Source: Rubrivivax sp.
GTDB taxonomy: Bacteria; Pseudomonadota; Gammaproteobacteria; Burkholderiales; Burkholderiaceae_C
NCBI GenBank assembly: GCA_039915715.1
Contig: JBDSMV010000100.1
Span: forward strand, 1 to 38,691
Length of the DNA: 38,691 bases
Direction of reading: 5' to 3'
Part shown: piece by piece, positions 17,509 to 26,740 of the stretch
How positions within the stretch are numbered: position 1 is the stretch's first letter
Layout of the letters: every line of letters starts with the position of its first letter
Position numbers and translations under genes: made by a program
The notes under the pieces: model-generated
Databases searched by the model: none
What the model saw: the letters and a program-made list of their open reading frames with translations, nothing else
What the model was told of the DNA's origin: nothing

Positions 17509-18522
17509 TCAACGGTCGAGGCCGGTGCGCTTGAAGAACTCGCGCAGGCCGGGGCCGTAGAGGGCGGGGTCGAAGTAGGTCTCGAACACACGACGATAGC
17601 GGTCGCGCACCGCCGCCGGCTGCAAGGTCTGGGCATCCAGCGCCAGCACGGCGGCGGCGACCGCATCCACATCGAGCTGCCCGACCATGACCATCGGATG
17701 CACATCACGCAACGCGGCTGCGTAGTCCTGGACCGCGGTGGTGGTGACGGGAATGACACCCGCAGCCATGTAGCTGGACACCTTGGTCGGCGTGGCCACG
17801 CGGTTGACCACATGGTGGCGCCGCAGCACAAAGCCGTACTTGAAGTCGGCCAGCCGCGATTGCAGTTCTGCGAGCGGCACATGGTCGATCTCGACGCCCT
17901 CGATGCCTTTCTTCTGCACCATTGCGCGCGCCGCTTCGGCGTCGCGGGTCAGCAGTGTCAACGTGGCCTGTGGCAGGCGGTCGCGGATGCGCTTGAAGAC
18001 ATCCAGGGTCTCGTCGATGCACTGCCAGGCGTGCATGCCGCCTGCATAGACGAAGCGCGGGTGATCGTACTTTCCCGGCCGGTCGAAGCAAGTGGGGCAC
18101 AGGTCGGCATTGACGCAGGGCATCACGAAGGTCGGCGGCATTCGCGCGCCATAGCGATCGGCGAAATGGCAGCGCATCGCTTCGGACACCAGCACCACGC
18201 CGCGCAGCGCCGGCAGGCTGAACCATTCGAAGAAGCGTTGCAGCCATTCGCGCGCGCGGCTGCCCATGTGCAGGCGGGCCTCTTCCGGGTAGACGCCCTG
18301 CATCCACATCCAGATGCGGGCGCGCGGTCGAAGCAGCCGCAGCTTGAACGCGCCTTTGCACTGCACCACCAGCACGGTGCTGTCGGTACCGACATCGGCC
18401 AGGCGAGTGACATGCCTCAAGGCATAGCCGAAGCTCAGAGCTGCTGTGGCAAGGGTTCCGACATACCACTCGGTGGCCTCATTCAACTGCGAGGGGGGGC
18501 AGTAGAGCAGCAGTTCCTTCAT
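17509..18522 (-). CDS. GT-B (GT4-like) glycosyltransferase
   Basis: LVSEAMR, FVYAGG...WQCID, N.VATPTKV..YMAAG.P motifs; lies in a polysaccharide cluster. Confidence 0.8.
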   Translation of the reverse strand: MKELLLYCPPSQLNEATEWYVGTLATAALSFGYALRHVTRLADVGTDSTVLVVQCKGAFKLRLLRPRARIWMWMQGVYPEEARLHMGSRAREWLQRFFEWFSLPALRGVVLVSEAMRCHFADRYGARMPPTFVMPCVNADLCPTCFDRPGKYDHPRFVYAGGMHAWQCIDETLDVFKRIRDRLPQATLTLLTRDAEAARAMVQKKGIEGVEIDHVPLAELQSRLADFKYGFVLRRHHVVNRVATPTKVSSYMAAGVIPVTTTAVQDYAAALRDVHPMVMVGQLDVDAVAAAVLALDAQTLQPAAVRDRYRRVFETYFDPALYGPGLREFFKRTGLDR

Positions 18523-18538
18523 GGTGCCGACCCATGCG

Positions 18539-19885
18539 TCATCGGGCGGCCAGGCGGGTCGAGCGCCGCAGCACCGTGATCGCCATCACCAGCAGCAGCA
18601 GCGACGCCACCAGCCGTGCCGCCTGCAGCCCCGTGTTTCCATGGCCGGCCCAGGCGGCGGTCAACCCCAGGAACACGCCGGCCCAGGCCAGATTGAGTAC
18701 CCCAGCGGTGACGATCAGCCCCGAGCCGATCAATGCCCCGCCCAGCACCGCCAGGCTCGCGCCCAGCGATGCGTTGAGCACCATCCAGCGCACCGCCCAC
18801 GCATCGTGCGCCAGCAGCGCCGGGTTCTTCAGCAGGCCGATGAACCAGCCGGGCTGGAACGCCAGCGCTGCGCCGAGCCCCAACCCCGCCGCGGCGGTCA
18901 GCACTGAGGCGATCGAGAGCCGGGTGATCAGCCGCGACCGGGCGCCAACTCCTTCGACCGTGCTCAGGCTGCGGCTGAGCATCGGCAGCAGAGCCTGGCC
19001 GACGATGGCGGGCAGGTAGATCAGCAATTGATGGATCTGTTCCAGCGCGAAGTACTGTGCCAATTGCCGCACGCCATCGGTCCCATGCGCGACCAGGCTG
19101 CTGGCGAAGAAGCTCACCGGCATCACCGCAGCCGACGCGATGCTGGTCCACAGGATGTGGTTGCGCCACAGCGGCACTCGTACCTCGGCAACGGCCAGCG
19201 CCGTGCCGTGCAAGGTACTGGCGGCGCCGGCAACCTCCGGGTCCTGTTCGCGGGCGTTCTCGGCGCCTTGCCGGCGCCAGGGCAGTGCGCGCCACACCAG
19301 CGCAGCCGCCACACCGCAGGCCAACACACTGCCACAGAGCAAGCCCCAGGACAGCGTCACGGCGCGGGCATCGCCCATGGCAATCGCCAGCGCCATGCTG
19401 CCGCCTTGCAGCAGGCCACACGCGGCCAGCACGACCGATGCTGCCACCGCGCGGTGGCAGCCGTTCAGTGCCGCTACGCACAGCACCACCTGCGCCCAGA
19501 GCACTGCCGATAGGGCAGCAGGCGTGGTGACCACCGGGTCGAACGCGGCACCGAAGATCAAGCCCCCCCCGGTTTGGCCGAACAGCAGCACCAACGCGGC
19601 CAGCGCGCCCGAAAAGCCCAGCGACAGCCGCAGGTGGTGGATGAACACCCGCTGCTGCGCCAGCGCCCCGGTGCTGGCCGCCAGCCGCCGCGTCATGATG
19701 GTGGTCAGGCCCATGCTGGTCAGGCTCATGCCCACCCCGGCCCAGGCATAGGCCGCGCTGGCACTGGCGAACTGCCGTGGCTCCATCACGCGGCTGGCCA
19801 GCAGCAGCACCAGCAACGGCAGGAAGCGGCCGATGGCCGCGCCGATCGCGAGCCAGGTCGACCGGCGCACCAGTTCTTTCAGCAT
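18539..19885 (-). CDS. Wzx-type oligosaccharide flippase
   Basis: About 12 hydrophobic segments with a MOP/PST-like pattern; located between the methyltransferase and the GT. Confidence 0.72.
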   Translation of the reverse strand: MLKELVRRSTWLAIGAAIGRFLPLLVLLLASRVMEPRQFASASAAYAWAGVGMSLTSMGLTTIMTRRLAASTGALAQQRVFIHHLRLSLGFSGALAALVLLFGQTGGGLIFGAAFDPVVTTPAALSAVLWAQVVLCVAALNGCHRAVAASVVLAACGLLQGGSMALAIAMGDARAVTLSWGLLCGSVLACGVAAALVWRALPWRRQGAENAREQDPEVAGAASTLHGTALAVAEVRVPLWRNHILWTSIASAAVMPVSFFASSLVAHGTDGVRQLAQYFALEQIHQLLIYLPAIVGQALLPMLSRSLSTVEGVGARSRLITRLSIASVLTAAAGLGLGAALAFQPGWFIGLLKNPALLAHDAWAVRWMVLNASLGASLAVLGGALIGSGLIVTAGVLNLAWAGVFLGLTAAWAGHGNTGLQAARLVASLLLLVMAITVLRRSTRLAAR

Positions 19886-19912
19886 GGGCGCGCGCGCAAC
19901 GCCAACGCGGTC

Positions 19913-20728
19913 TCATCCAAGCGACTGCCGCAGATAGCCCCGTTCTGCCAGCCAGCTGGCGCTGACGAAGTGGCAGTCGAAGTCGATCATGTCTGGCACC
20001 TGGCTGTAGTTGTGCGCCGGAAGGAACGACAACCTGAAACCCATCTGCTCGATCTCGCCCATCAGCTCCAGATAACCGGGCATGCCGTCGTACAACGGGA
20101 TCACGCTGGCTTCGGCCTGCAGCGCCGAAATCCGCGGCAGCGCCGGCTTTGCCCCGCGCAACACCTGCAACTCGAAGCCCTGCACATCCAGCTTGAGGTA
20201 GATGCGCTGCGCCTTCGCGGCCAGCGGATGTTCCTGCAGCAGCCGCGCCAGCGTCTGCACCGGCACCTGCACCGTGCGCTGCACGCTGTTGAGCTGTTCG
20301 AGCCGGTCGGTGGCGGCGGCGCTGGGGGGCAGCAACGAACTCATCTCGTGGCCGCGCATGACATTCAAGGTCGCTGTGCCGTCGGCATCGCCCAGCGCGC
20401 ACGACGCCAGCGCCCAGTTGCGGTCGCCCCTGAAGCGTTGCTGCAGCACGCTGGCCATCGCCGGGTTCGGCTCGACCGTGATCATCGGGCCGCAATAGCC
20501 CACCCGGCTGCGGATCAGGCTGGCGTATTGGCCCTGGTTGCCGCCCACGTCCACCACCAGGTCGGTGTCCTGCATCGCAAACAGGCGTTTCAGATACCAG
20601 ACCTGCTGGCTGTCGCCAAGCCGCATCCAGCGCACCAACCGCCAGTCGAAGCTGCGCGCGAGCCGGTTGCCGATGCGTTCGGCCATGCCGATCTGTTTGA
20701 GAGGGTGCATGAGCAAGTGAGAAGACAT
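19913..20728 (-). CDS. FkbM-family SAM-dependent methyltransferase
   Basis: VVDVGGNQGQY, VEPNP, ALGD..G, V.V.TL, LKLDVQGFELQVLRGA. Start could be 20710 or 20686. Confidence 0.9.
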   Translation of the reverse strand: MSSHLLMHPLKQIGMAERIGNRLARSFDWRLVRWMRLGDSQQVWYLKRLFAMQDTDLVVDVGGNQGQYASLIRSRVGYCGPMITVEPNPAMASVLQQRFRGDRNWALASCALGDADGTATLNVMRGHEMSSLLPPSAAATDRLEQLNSVQRTVQVPVQTLARLLQEHPLAAKAQRIYLKLDVQGFELQVLRGAKPALPRISALQAEASVIPLYDGMPGYLELMGEIEQMGFRLSFLPAHNYSQVPDMIDFDCHFVSASWLAERGYLRQSLG

Positions 20729-20772
20729 CGTCGCCAGGGCCGCGCCACCGGCGCGCCGGCGTCACAACCGGG

Positions 20773-21930
20773 TCAACCCCGGGCCGTGCGGAAGCGCACC
20801 AGCTTGGCGGCGTTGCGGGGTTCCTGCACCGAACGGCGCCATCTGGCCTGCAGCGCGACCCCGCCGACGATCAGCAGCAGCGCAACCATCCCGGCGGCGA
20901 TGGCGATGACGGCCCGCTTGGGCCGGCTCTTCCATTCGGGCGGGGTCGCCTTGTCCACCACCTGAATCAGCGCGCCTTCGCGGCTTTCGTCGACGCGGGC
21001 CATCTCGTACTGGCGCGCGAACAGGTCGAACAGCGTTTCCTGGTACTTGAAATCGCGGTACTTGCCGACATAGCCTGGCCCGCCATCGGTGGTGGGCGTC
21101 GCGCGTTCGACTTGCGACAGCTGCGAGCGCAGGGCACCGATCTGCGCTTGCTGGCCCAGCACTTCCGGGGCCGAATCGGCGAGCCCGCGGCGCAGGGTTT
21201 GCAAGCGCACTTCGGCTCCGGTGAGTTCGGCCTGCAACTGCGCATAGCGTTCGGCCGCGGCGCGCGGCTCGGCTTTCAATGCCCCCGGATTGAAGCCGCT
21301 GCTCTGAAGCGCAATCTGCGCTGCCGTCAGGCGGTCTCGGGTCTGCTCGAGCTGGGTTTCAAAAAAGGCACGGCGCTTCTGGGCTTCGGTCAGGGTCAGC
21401 CCGGCGGCCACCGAACGCAACTCGACGATGTACTGGTTGGCGATCGCCGCCGCGCGTTGCGGCTCTTGGTCGTCGACCGACACCGAGATCAGCGCGTCTT
21501 TCTTGCCGACCGTGATCTGCACGTTCCGGTTCAGGTCGCGTCGAGCCTCGAAGCGGTGATCGGCCTTGTAGATCTTCATCAGATCGAAGCGGTCGACGAT
21601 GCGGTCGGCCAATGTCACGCTCTGCATCAGCGCCACATACTCGTCGCCCGGTCCGCGCAGCCCACCGGCGTTGCCCACCAGTCCCGAAAGCGCTCCCAGC
21701 GACGCCATCGCAGTCGCAGACAGGCTGCTCTGCTGCTGCGGCGGCAGGAACGTGGTGGTGGCCGTGTAGGTGGGCGGAATCAGATAGGTGATGCCCAGCG
21801 CCAGCAGGGCCGTCAGCAGCGGCCCCAGCAGCAGCAACCACTTGTTTTCGGCCGCCATCAAGGCCCAGTCGACAAGACCCAGCTGTTCGACCTCGTCTTC
21901 CGGCAGCGGAAGTGCGCGCACGTCCTGCAT
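20773..21930 (-). CDS. Wzz/PCP-family polysaccharide co-polymerase (no kinase domain)
   Basis: N- and C-terminal TMs, P.YTAT...PP, long periplasmic coiled coil, IQVVD.A.PPE.KS.PKR motif; no Walker A. Confidence 0.88.
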   Translation of the reverse strand: MQDVRALPLPEDEVEQLGLVDWALMAAENKWLLLLGPLLTALLALGITYLIPPTYTATTTFLPPQQQSSLSATAMASLGALSGLVGNAGGLRGPGDEYVALMQSVTLADRIVDRFDLMKIYKADHRFEARRDLNRNVQITVGKKDALISVSVDDQEPQRAAAIANQYIVELRSVAAGLTLTEAQKRRAFFETQLEQTRDRLTAAQIALQSSGFNPGALKAEPRAAAERYAQLQAELTGAEVRLQTLRRGLADSAPEVLGQQAQIGALRSQLSQVERATPTTDGGPGYVGKYRDFKYQETLFDLFARQYEMARVDESREGALIQVVDKATPPEWKSRPKRAVIAIAAGMVALLLIVGGVALQARWRRSVQEPRNAAKLVRFRTARG

Positions 21931-21933
21931 GGC

Positions 21934-23889
21934 TCAGAACCCGATCACGCGCAGCCCGGCGACGCCGAGGCCGAACTGGTAGAGGATCTGGGTCCAGTCC
22001 TTGAAGCCTTGGGTCAGCGTTGTCTTGTTGATCTCTTCGGGCGAGAAGATGGTGTCGCCCGGCTGCACCTGCTGCTTGTAGAACGAGTCGCCGATGCCGA
22101 ACCAGGCGCTGCTTTGCAGGCCACTGACGACGGTGCCGTCGGCACGCACCATGAAAGCGCTGCCCTTGTCGGCACCGCGGGTCGGGCCGCCCGCCAGCCG
22201 CAGATAGTCATCGACCGTGCGCGGCGAATCGTAGAGGTAGCTGCCGGGGTTGAAGACACTGCCGAACACGCCCACCGTGACCGGGCGTGGCGGCACATAC
22301 AGGGTGTCGCCATCCTCAAGCACCAGAGCCGGCAGCGTGCCGCCGCTGGGTTTGAGCTGCAGCACCACGCGTCCGGTAGGCTTGACGAGCCGCAACCTGG
22401 CAATCAACCGCGCGGCAGCGGCGTTGCGCTCGGAAGCGGTCACCGAGTCCTCGGCCGAAGCGATCCGCTGCGTCGAGTTCGAGCGGGTGAAGTCGGTTTC
22501 CAGGTCGCGCAGCGCCCGTTCGTAATTCTGCTGCTGCTGTTCGCGAACGCTTTCGCGGTTGAACTGGGAGCCGTACAAATAGGCTTCATCAGTCAGGCCG
22601 CCCGCCGCCAGCAAGGCGTCGATCAGGGTGCTGGCCGGCGGCAACACGAAGTCGCCAGGCTGCTTGACCTCGCCGTCGACGCGCACGCGCTTGTTCTGGC
22701 GGGCCACCGGCATCTGCGCGCTGACCGCGCTGAAGACCCGCAGCACATCGGCATTGCGCAACGGCTGCGGGCCATCCTGCGGCAACGCCAACTCGGCGAT
22801 TCGCGAACCTGCGCGCTGGTCCAGTCGTTCAAGCGTGATGCGGCTGGTGTCGGCCACGGCCGCGAAGCCGCCAGCCATCTGCAGCGCATCGGCAAGGGTT
22901 TCCTTCGGCTTTAGTTCGTAGATCGCGGGCTGGTTGACGCTGCCGATGATCGCCACCAGCGAGCCGACCGGGCCGACATGCACCACATCGCCGGGCTGCA
23001 GCAGCATGTCGGCTTCGCGATTGCCTCTCAACAGCAGGTCGTAGAGGTCCAGGCGCGACACCAGACTGCCGCGGCGCCGCAGTTCGATGTTGCGCAGGCT
23101 GCCGGCATTCGACGGGCCTTCTGCGGCCAGCACGGCTGCGGTCACCGTCGACAGTGCGTTCACCGTCACCGCGCCGGGTTTCTGCACGAAGCCGGTCACA
23201 TAGACCCGCAAGCCGCGCAGTTGTCCCAAGGTGACGCTGAGCTGGAAATTCTTGTAAACCGCCGCCACCCGCCTGGAGATCACATCGGGCAGGTCGCCAT
23301 AGCGCACTCCGGCCAACATCACCGAGCCGATGCGGGGCAGGCTGATGCGGCCCGAGCGGTCGATGGTGGCGCGCAGGTCGGCCACCACCGATCCCCACAG
23401 TGCCACCACCACTTCGTCGCCGACCTGCAGCAGGTAGTCCGGCGGCACCAACGGGCTGTAGTCGGGCGCGTCGGGGGACTCCGTCCCATCAAACATCGGC
23501 GACACCAGGTCCACGCCGAAGCGTTTGAGTTCAGGCAGATTCGCCAGGCGGCGCACATACAACTCGAATTCGCCGACCACCCGGCGCGGGGCGATGTCAT
23601 CGGCATACGGCAGACGGTCCAACCGGTCCCGCCGGTAAGCCTCGCGGTCCAGACGACGATCACCCTGTCTGGAGGGTGCGGTGTTCTGCCTCAGCGTTGG
23701 CACGCCCGGGGGCAAATCCGGGGACTGCGACCGCTGCGGCTCACCTGCAGTCTGCAAATTGCCAACCGCACCCGGCGCCACGGGCAGGTTCTGCGCCATC
23801 GCTGCCTGACTGAACAGCAGGCCGGCCAACAGCCAGCCAAGGGGTTTCGTGAAACGGAGGGCGTGAGTGGGATTCAAACGGGGTTTCAA
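21934..23889 (-). CDS. Large multi-SLBB polysaccharide export protein (OPX family, KpsD/OtnA-like)
   Basis: Signal peptide ending AAMA|Q with no lipobox; Poly_export domain P.DY.L..GDE...WG....IDRSG.I.LPRIG; repeated SLBB units (V.V.G.V..PG, L..AGG). TTG start. Confidence 0.88.
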   Translation of the reverse strand: MKPRLNPTHALRFTKPLGWLLAGLLFSQAAMAQNLPVAPGAVGNLQTAGEPQRSQSPDLPPGVPTLRQNTAPSRQGDRRLDREAYRRDRLDRLPYADDIAPRRVVGEFELYVRRLANLPELKRFGVDLVSPMFDGTESPDAPDYSPLVPPDYLLQVGDEVVVALWGSVVADLRATIDRSGRISLPRIGSVMLAGVRYGDLPDVISRRVAAVYKNFQLSVTLGQLRGLRVYVTGFVQKPGAVTVNALSTVTAAVLAAEGPSNAGSLRNIELRRRGSLVSRLDLYDLLLRGNREADMLLQPGDVVHVGPVGSLVAIIGSVNQPAIYELKPKETLADALQMAGGFAAVADTSRITLERLDQRAGSRIAELALPQDGPQPLRNADVLRVFSAVSAQMPVARQNKRVRVDGEVKQPGDFVLPPASTLIDALLAAGGLTDEAYLYGSQFNRESVREQQQQNYERALRDLETDFTRSNSTQRIASAEDSVTASERNAAAARLIARLRLVKPTGRVVLQLKPSGGTLPALVLEDGDTLYVPPRPVTVGVFGSVFNPGSYLYDSPRTVDDYLRLAGGPTRGADKGSAFMVRADGTVVSGLQSSAWFGIGDSFYKQQVQPGDTIFSPEEINKTTLTQGFKDWTQILYQFGLGVAGLRVIGF

Positions 23890-23995
23890 ACGAAGCGGGA
23901 ATAAGCTGACGGGTCAGGCAGGGTCATCCTGTATGGACACCTGTTCAATGGCCGGGCGATCCGGTAGGGGAACCTGATCGACGCAGCGGCCGGCA

Positions 23996-24035
23996 ATTGT
24001 AGCGGGGCGGTCCCTGCAGGCCTGCTCGATAGAAT
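23996..24035. promoter_or_regulatory. Back-to-back -10 hexamers of divergent promoters
   Basis: TACAAT on minus (24001-23996) faces the glycan/T2SS operon; TAGAAT on plus (24030-24035) faces the WecA-like gene. -35 elements not convincing. Confidence 0.45.
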
Positions 24036-24041
24036 TGATCC

Positions 24042-25190
24042 ATGTCCACCGTGCTCCTGGCCTTTGCGACCTCGCTCGTGCTGACGCTTGTCGTGATCCG
24101 CTATGCCAAGACGCGGGGATCGGTGTTGCACGACACCGACCTCTCGGGTCCACAGAAGTTTCATGTCGGCCCGGTGGCGCGCGTCGGCGGCGTCGGCATC
24201 GTCTGCGGGCTGCTGGTGGCCGCCATCGGCTTCTGGCTCACCCTGCACGTCGGGAGTGATGATTCCTGGATGGCGCTTGCCATTCTGGCTTGCGGTGCAC
24301 CGGCATTTGCTGCCGGGCTGGTCGAGGACATCACCAAGCGGGTCAGGCCGCGCACGCGACTGCTGTTCACTGCGGTTTCGGCGCTGCTGGCGGCCTGGCT
24401 GCTCGACGCCGTGCTTCGCCGCACTGCAATTCCGGGGCTGGACTGGATCGTGGCCATGCCCGCGGGGGCCTTGGTGGTGACGGTTTTCGCGGTCGTGGGA
24501 GTGGCCAATTCGGTCAACATCATCGACGGCTTCAACGGCTTGGCGTCGATGTGCGTGATGCTGATGTTGACGGCGCTGGCGTATGTGGGCTTCCAGTCCG
24601 GGGACGTGCTGATGGGCACGCTGGCCCTTGCCGGCATCGGCGCCGTCATGGGGTTTTTCATCTGGAATTACCCGGCGGGGCTTATTTTTCTGGGCGATGG
24701 GGGTGCCTATTTCCTCGGCTTCTTCGTGGCCGAACTATCGGTGCTGCTGTTGGTCCGCAATCCCCTGACCGTATCGCCACTGTTTCCGATCCTGGTGTGC
24801 ATTTACCCGGTTTTTGAAACCGTGTTTTCGATTTACCGCAGGCGCTTCCTGCGCGCCCAACCCACCAGCATGCCCGATGGCATTCACCTGCATTCGCTGA
24901 TCTATCGGCGGGTGCTGCGCTGGGCGGTCGGCGATCGCAGCGCCAAGGCGCTGACTCGGCGCAATTCGATGACCTCGCCCTACCTCTGGATGCTGTGCAT
25001 GCTGTCGGTGTTTCCAGCCATGATGTTCTACGGCAGCACGGCCATCCTGGCGCTGTTCATCGTTATATTCGCGGTCACCTACGTGGCGCTGTATTGGCGC
25101 ATCGTCCGCTTTCGTTCCCCGCGCTGGCTGCGTCTCTTGTGGGAGAGCAAGCGCCGCGAGCCGCTGGCAGCGGATAATGATGGGTTATGA
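24042..25190 (+). CDS. MraY/WecA-family polyprenyl-phosphate HexNAc-1-phosphate transferase (initiating transferase)
   Basis: H..PVARVGG, GLVED, NSVNIIDGFNGL, N.P.G.IFLGDGG, PDGIHLH; about 11 TMs. Confidence 0.9.
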   Translation: MSTVLLAFATSLVLTLVVIRYAKTRGSVLHDTDLSGPQKFHVGPVARVGGVGIVCGLLVAAIGFWLTLHVGSDDSWMALAILACGAPAFAAGLVEDITKRVRPRTRLLFTAVSALLAAWLLDAVLRRTAIPGLDWIVAMPAGALVVTVFAVVGVANSVNIIDGFNGLASMCVMLMLTALAYVGFQSGDVLMGTLALAGIGAVMGFFIWNYPAGLIFLGDGGAYFLGFFVAELSVLLLVRNPLTVSPLFPILVCIYPVFETVFSIYRRRFLRAQPTSMPDGIHLHSLIYRRVLRWAVGDRSAKALTRRNSMTSPYLWMLCMLSVFPAMMFYGSTAILALFIVIFAVTYVALYWRIVRFRSPRWLRLLWESKRREPLAADNDGL

Positions 25191-26728
25191 CTGAAACGAT
25201 CGACTCGGCGGTTGCCGATACTGAACCCACTGTTGCGAGCGCCGCCGGCCCGGCCTCTCCCATCACCGAGGCTCCGGCCGAAATTGCGCCGCGTTTCGAC
25301 ACGCTGGCACTCGATCAGAAGCTGCTGCGCGCAGTGATGGAGTCCGGCTACACGGCGATGACACCGATCCAGGCCAAGGCGATCCCGATCGTGCTGGCCG
25401 GTCGCGATGTGATGGGTGCGGCTCAGACCGGCACCGGCAAGACCGCCGCCTTCACGTTGCCGCTGCTGCAGAAGATGCTGCGGCATGAGACATCGAGCAT
25501 GTCGCCGGCCCGCCATCCGGTGCGTGCATTGGTGCTGACCCCCACGCGCGAATTGGCCGACCAGGTCGCCAACAACGTCAAGAACTACGCCAAGCACACG
25601 CAACTGCGCTCGACCGTGGTGTTCGGTGGCATCGACATGAAGCCGCAGACGCTGCAGCTGAAGGCCGGCGTCGAGGTGCTGATCGCCACGCCTGGCCGTT
25701 TGCTCGACCACATCGAGGCCAAGAACGCGATCCTGAACCAGGTCGAGTACGTGGTGCTGGACGAAGCCGACCGCATGCTCGACATCGGCTTCCTTCCCGA
25801 CCTGCAGCGGATCCTGTCGTTTCTGCCCAAGGCGCGCCAGACGCTGCTGTTCTCGGCCACGTTCTCGCCCGAGATCCGGCGCCTGGCGAACAGCTACCTG
25901 CAGGATCCGGTCACGGTCGAGGTGGCCCGCGCCAACGCCACTGCCACCAATGTCGAGCAGCGTTTCTACAGCGTGTCCGACGACGACAAGCGCGGAGTGG
26001 TGCGGCAGTTGCTGAAGAGCCGCAACCTGTCGCAAGCCCTCATCTTCGTCAACTCGAAGCTCGGTGCGGCGCGGCTGGCCCGCTCGTTCGAGCGTGACGG
26101 GCTCAGAACCGCGGCGCTGCACGGCGACAAGAGCCAGGACGAGCGTCTGAAGTCGCTGGCCGCCTTCAAGGCCGGCGAGGTCGATCTGCTGGTGGCCACC
26201 GACGTGGCGGCGCGCGGGCTCGACATTGCCGACCTGCCGGCAGTCTTCAACTTCGATGTGCCCTTCAACGCCGAGGACTATGTGCACCGCATCGGGCGCA
26301 CCGGCCGTGCCGGGGCTTCCGGACTGGCAGTGACGCTGGTCACACGAGACGATGCGCGGCTGGTGTCCGACATCGAGCGGCTGATCAAGAAGTCGCTGGA
26401 GATCGAACCGATCGAGATCGAGGACGACCGCCCGCGCCGCAGGCCGTCGGCTGCTCCGTCGCCCAGCGAAGCCGACCAGCCTGCGCGGCGTGATGAACGC
26501 AGTGACCGAGGCGACCGAGGCGAGAGGGCTGCAGAACCGCCACGCCGACCGCAGTCGCAGGCGGCACGCGACCCGTTTTTCGACAAGCCTTACGAGCCCG
26601 ACAGCGCAGCCACACCGTCGTGGGACAACGTCCAGAACCGCTCGTCGACCCCACCGGTTCGAACCGGCATGTCACCCAACATCCGGCAGAAGAAGAAAGT
26701 GGCGTCGCTGCTCGGCGGCAGCTGCTGA
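25187..26728 (+). CDS. DEAD-box RNA helicase (RhlE-like)
   Basis: Q motif TPIQ, AQTGTGKT, PTRELA, TPGRL, DEAD, SAT, ARGLD, HRIGRTGR. Confidence 0.96.
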   Translation: MTETIDSAVADTEPTVASAAGPASPITEAPAEIAPRFDTLALDQKLLRAVMESGYTAMTPIQAKAIPIVLAGRDVMGAAQTGTGKTAAFTLPLLQKMLRHETSSMSPARHPVRALVLTPTRELADQVANNVKNYAKHTQLRSTVVFGGIDMKPQTLQLKAGVEVLIATPGRLLDHIEAKNAILNQVEYVVLDEADRMLDIGFLPDLQRILSFLPKARQTLLFSATFSPEIRRLANSYLQDPVTVEVARANATATNVEQRFYSVSDDDKRGVVRQLLKSRNLSQALIFVNSKLGAARLARSFERDGLRTAALHGDKSQDERLKSLAAFKAGEVDLLVATDVAARGLDIADLPAVFNFDVPFNAEDYVHRIGRTGRAGASGLAVTLVTRDDARLVSDIERLIKKSLEIEPIEIEDDRPRRRPSAAPSPSEADQPARRDERSDRGDRGERAAEPPRRPQSQAARDPFFDKPYEPDSAATPSWDNVQNRSSTPPVRTGMSPNIRQKKKVASLLGGSC

Positions 26729-26740
26729 CCCGTCCGGCGC

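Noticed and set aside
18519-20765. 748-aa minus-strand ORF
   Set aside because: Alternative frame over the fkbM and wzx genes; Arg/Ala/Gly-rich with no domain features.
23890-24041. ops/JUMPstart antitermination element ahead of the long operon
   Set aside because: No GGCGGTAG-type match on the minus strand.
26420-26560. Short GACCGAGGC repeats in the helicase 3' region
   Set aside because: Encodes the ordinary Arg/Asp/Gly low-complexity tail of DEAD-box helicases.
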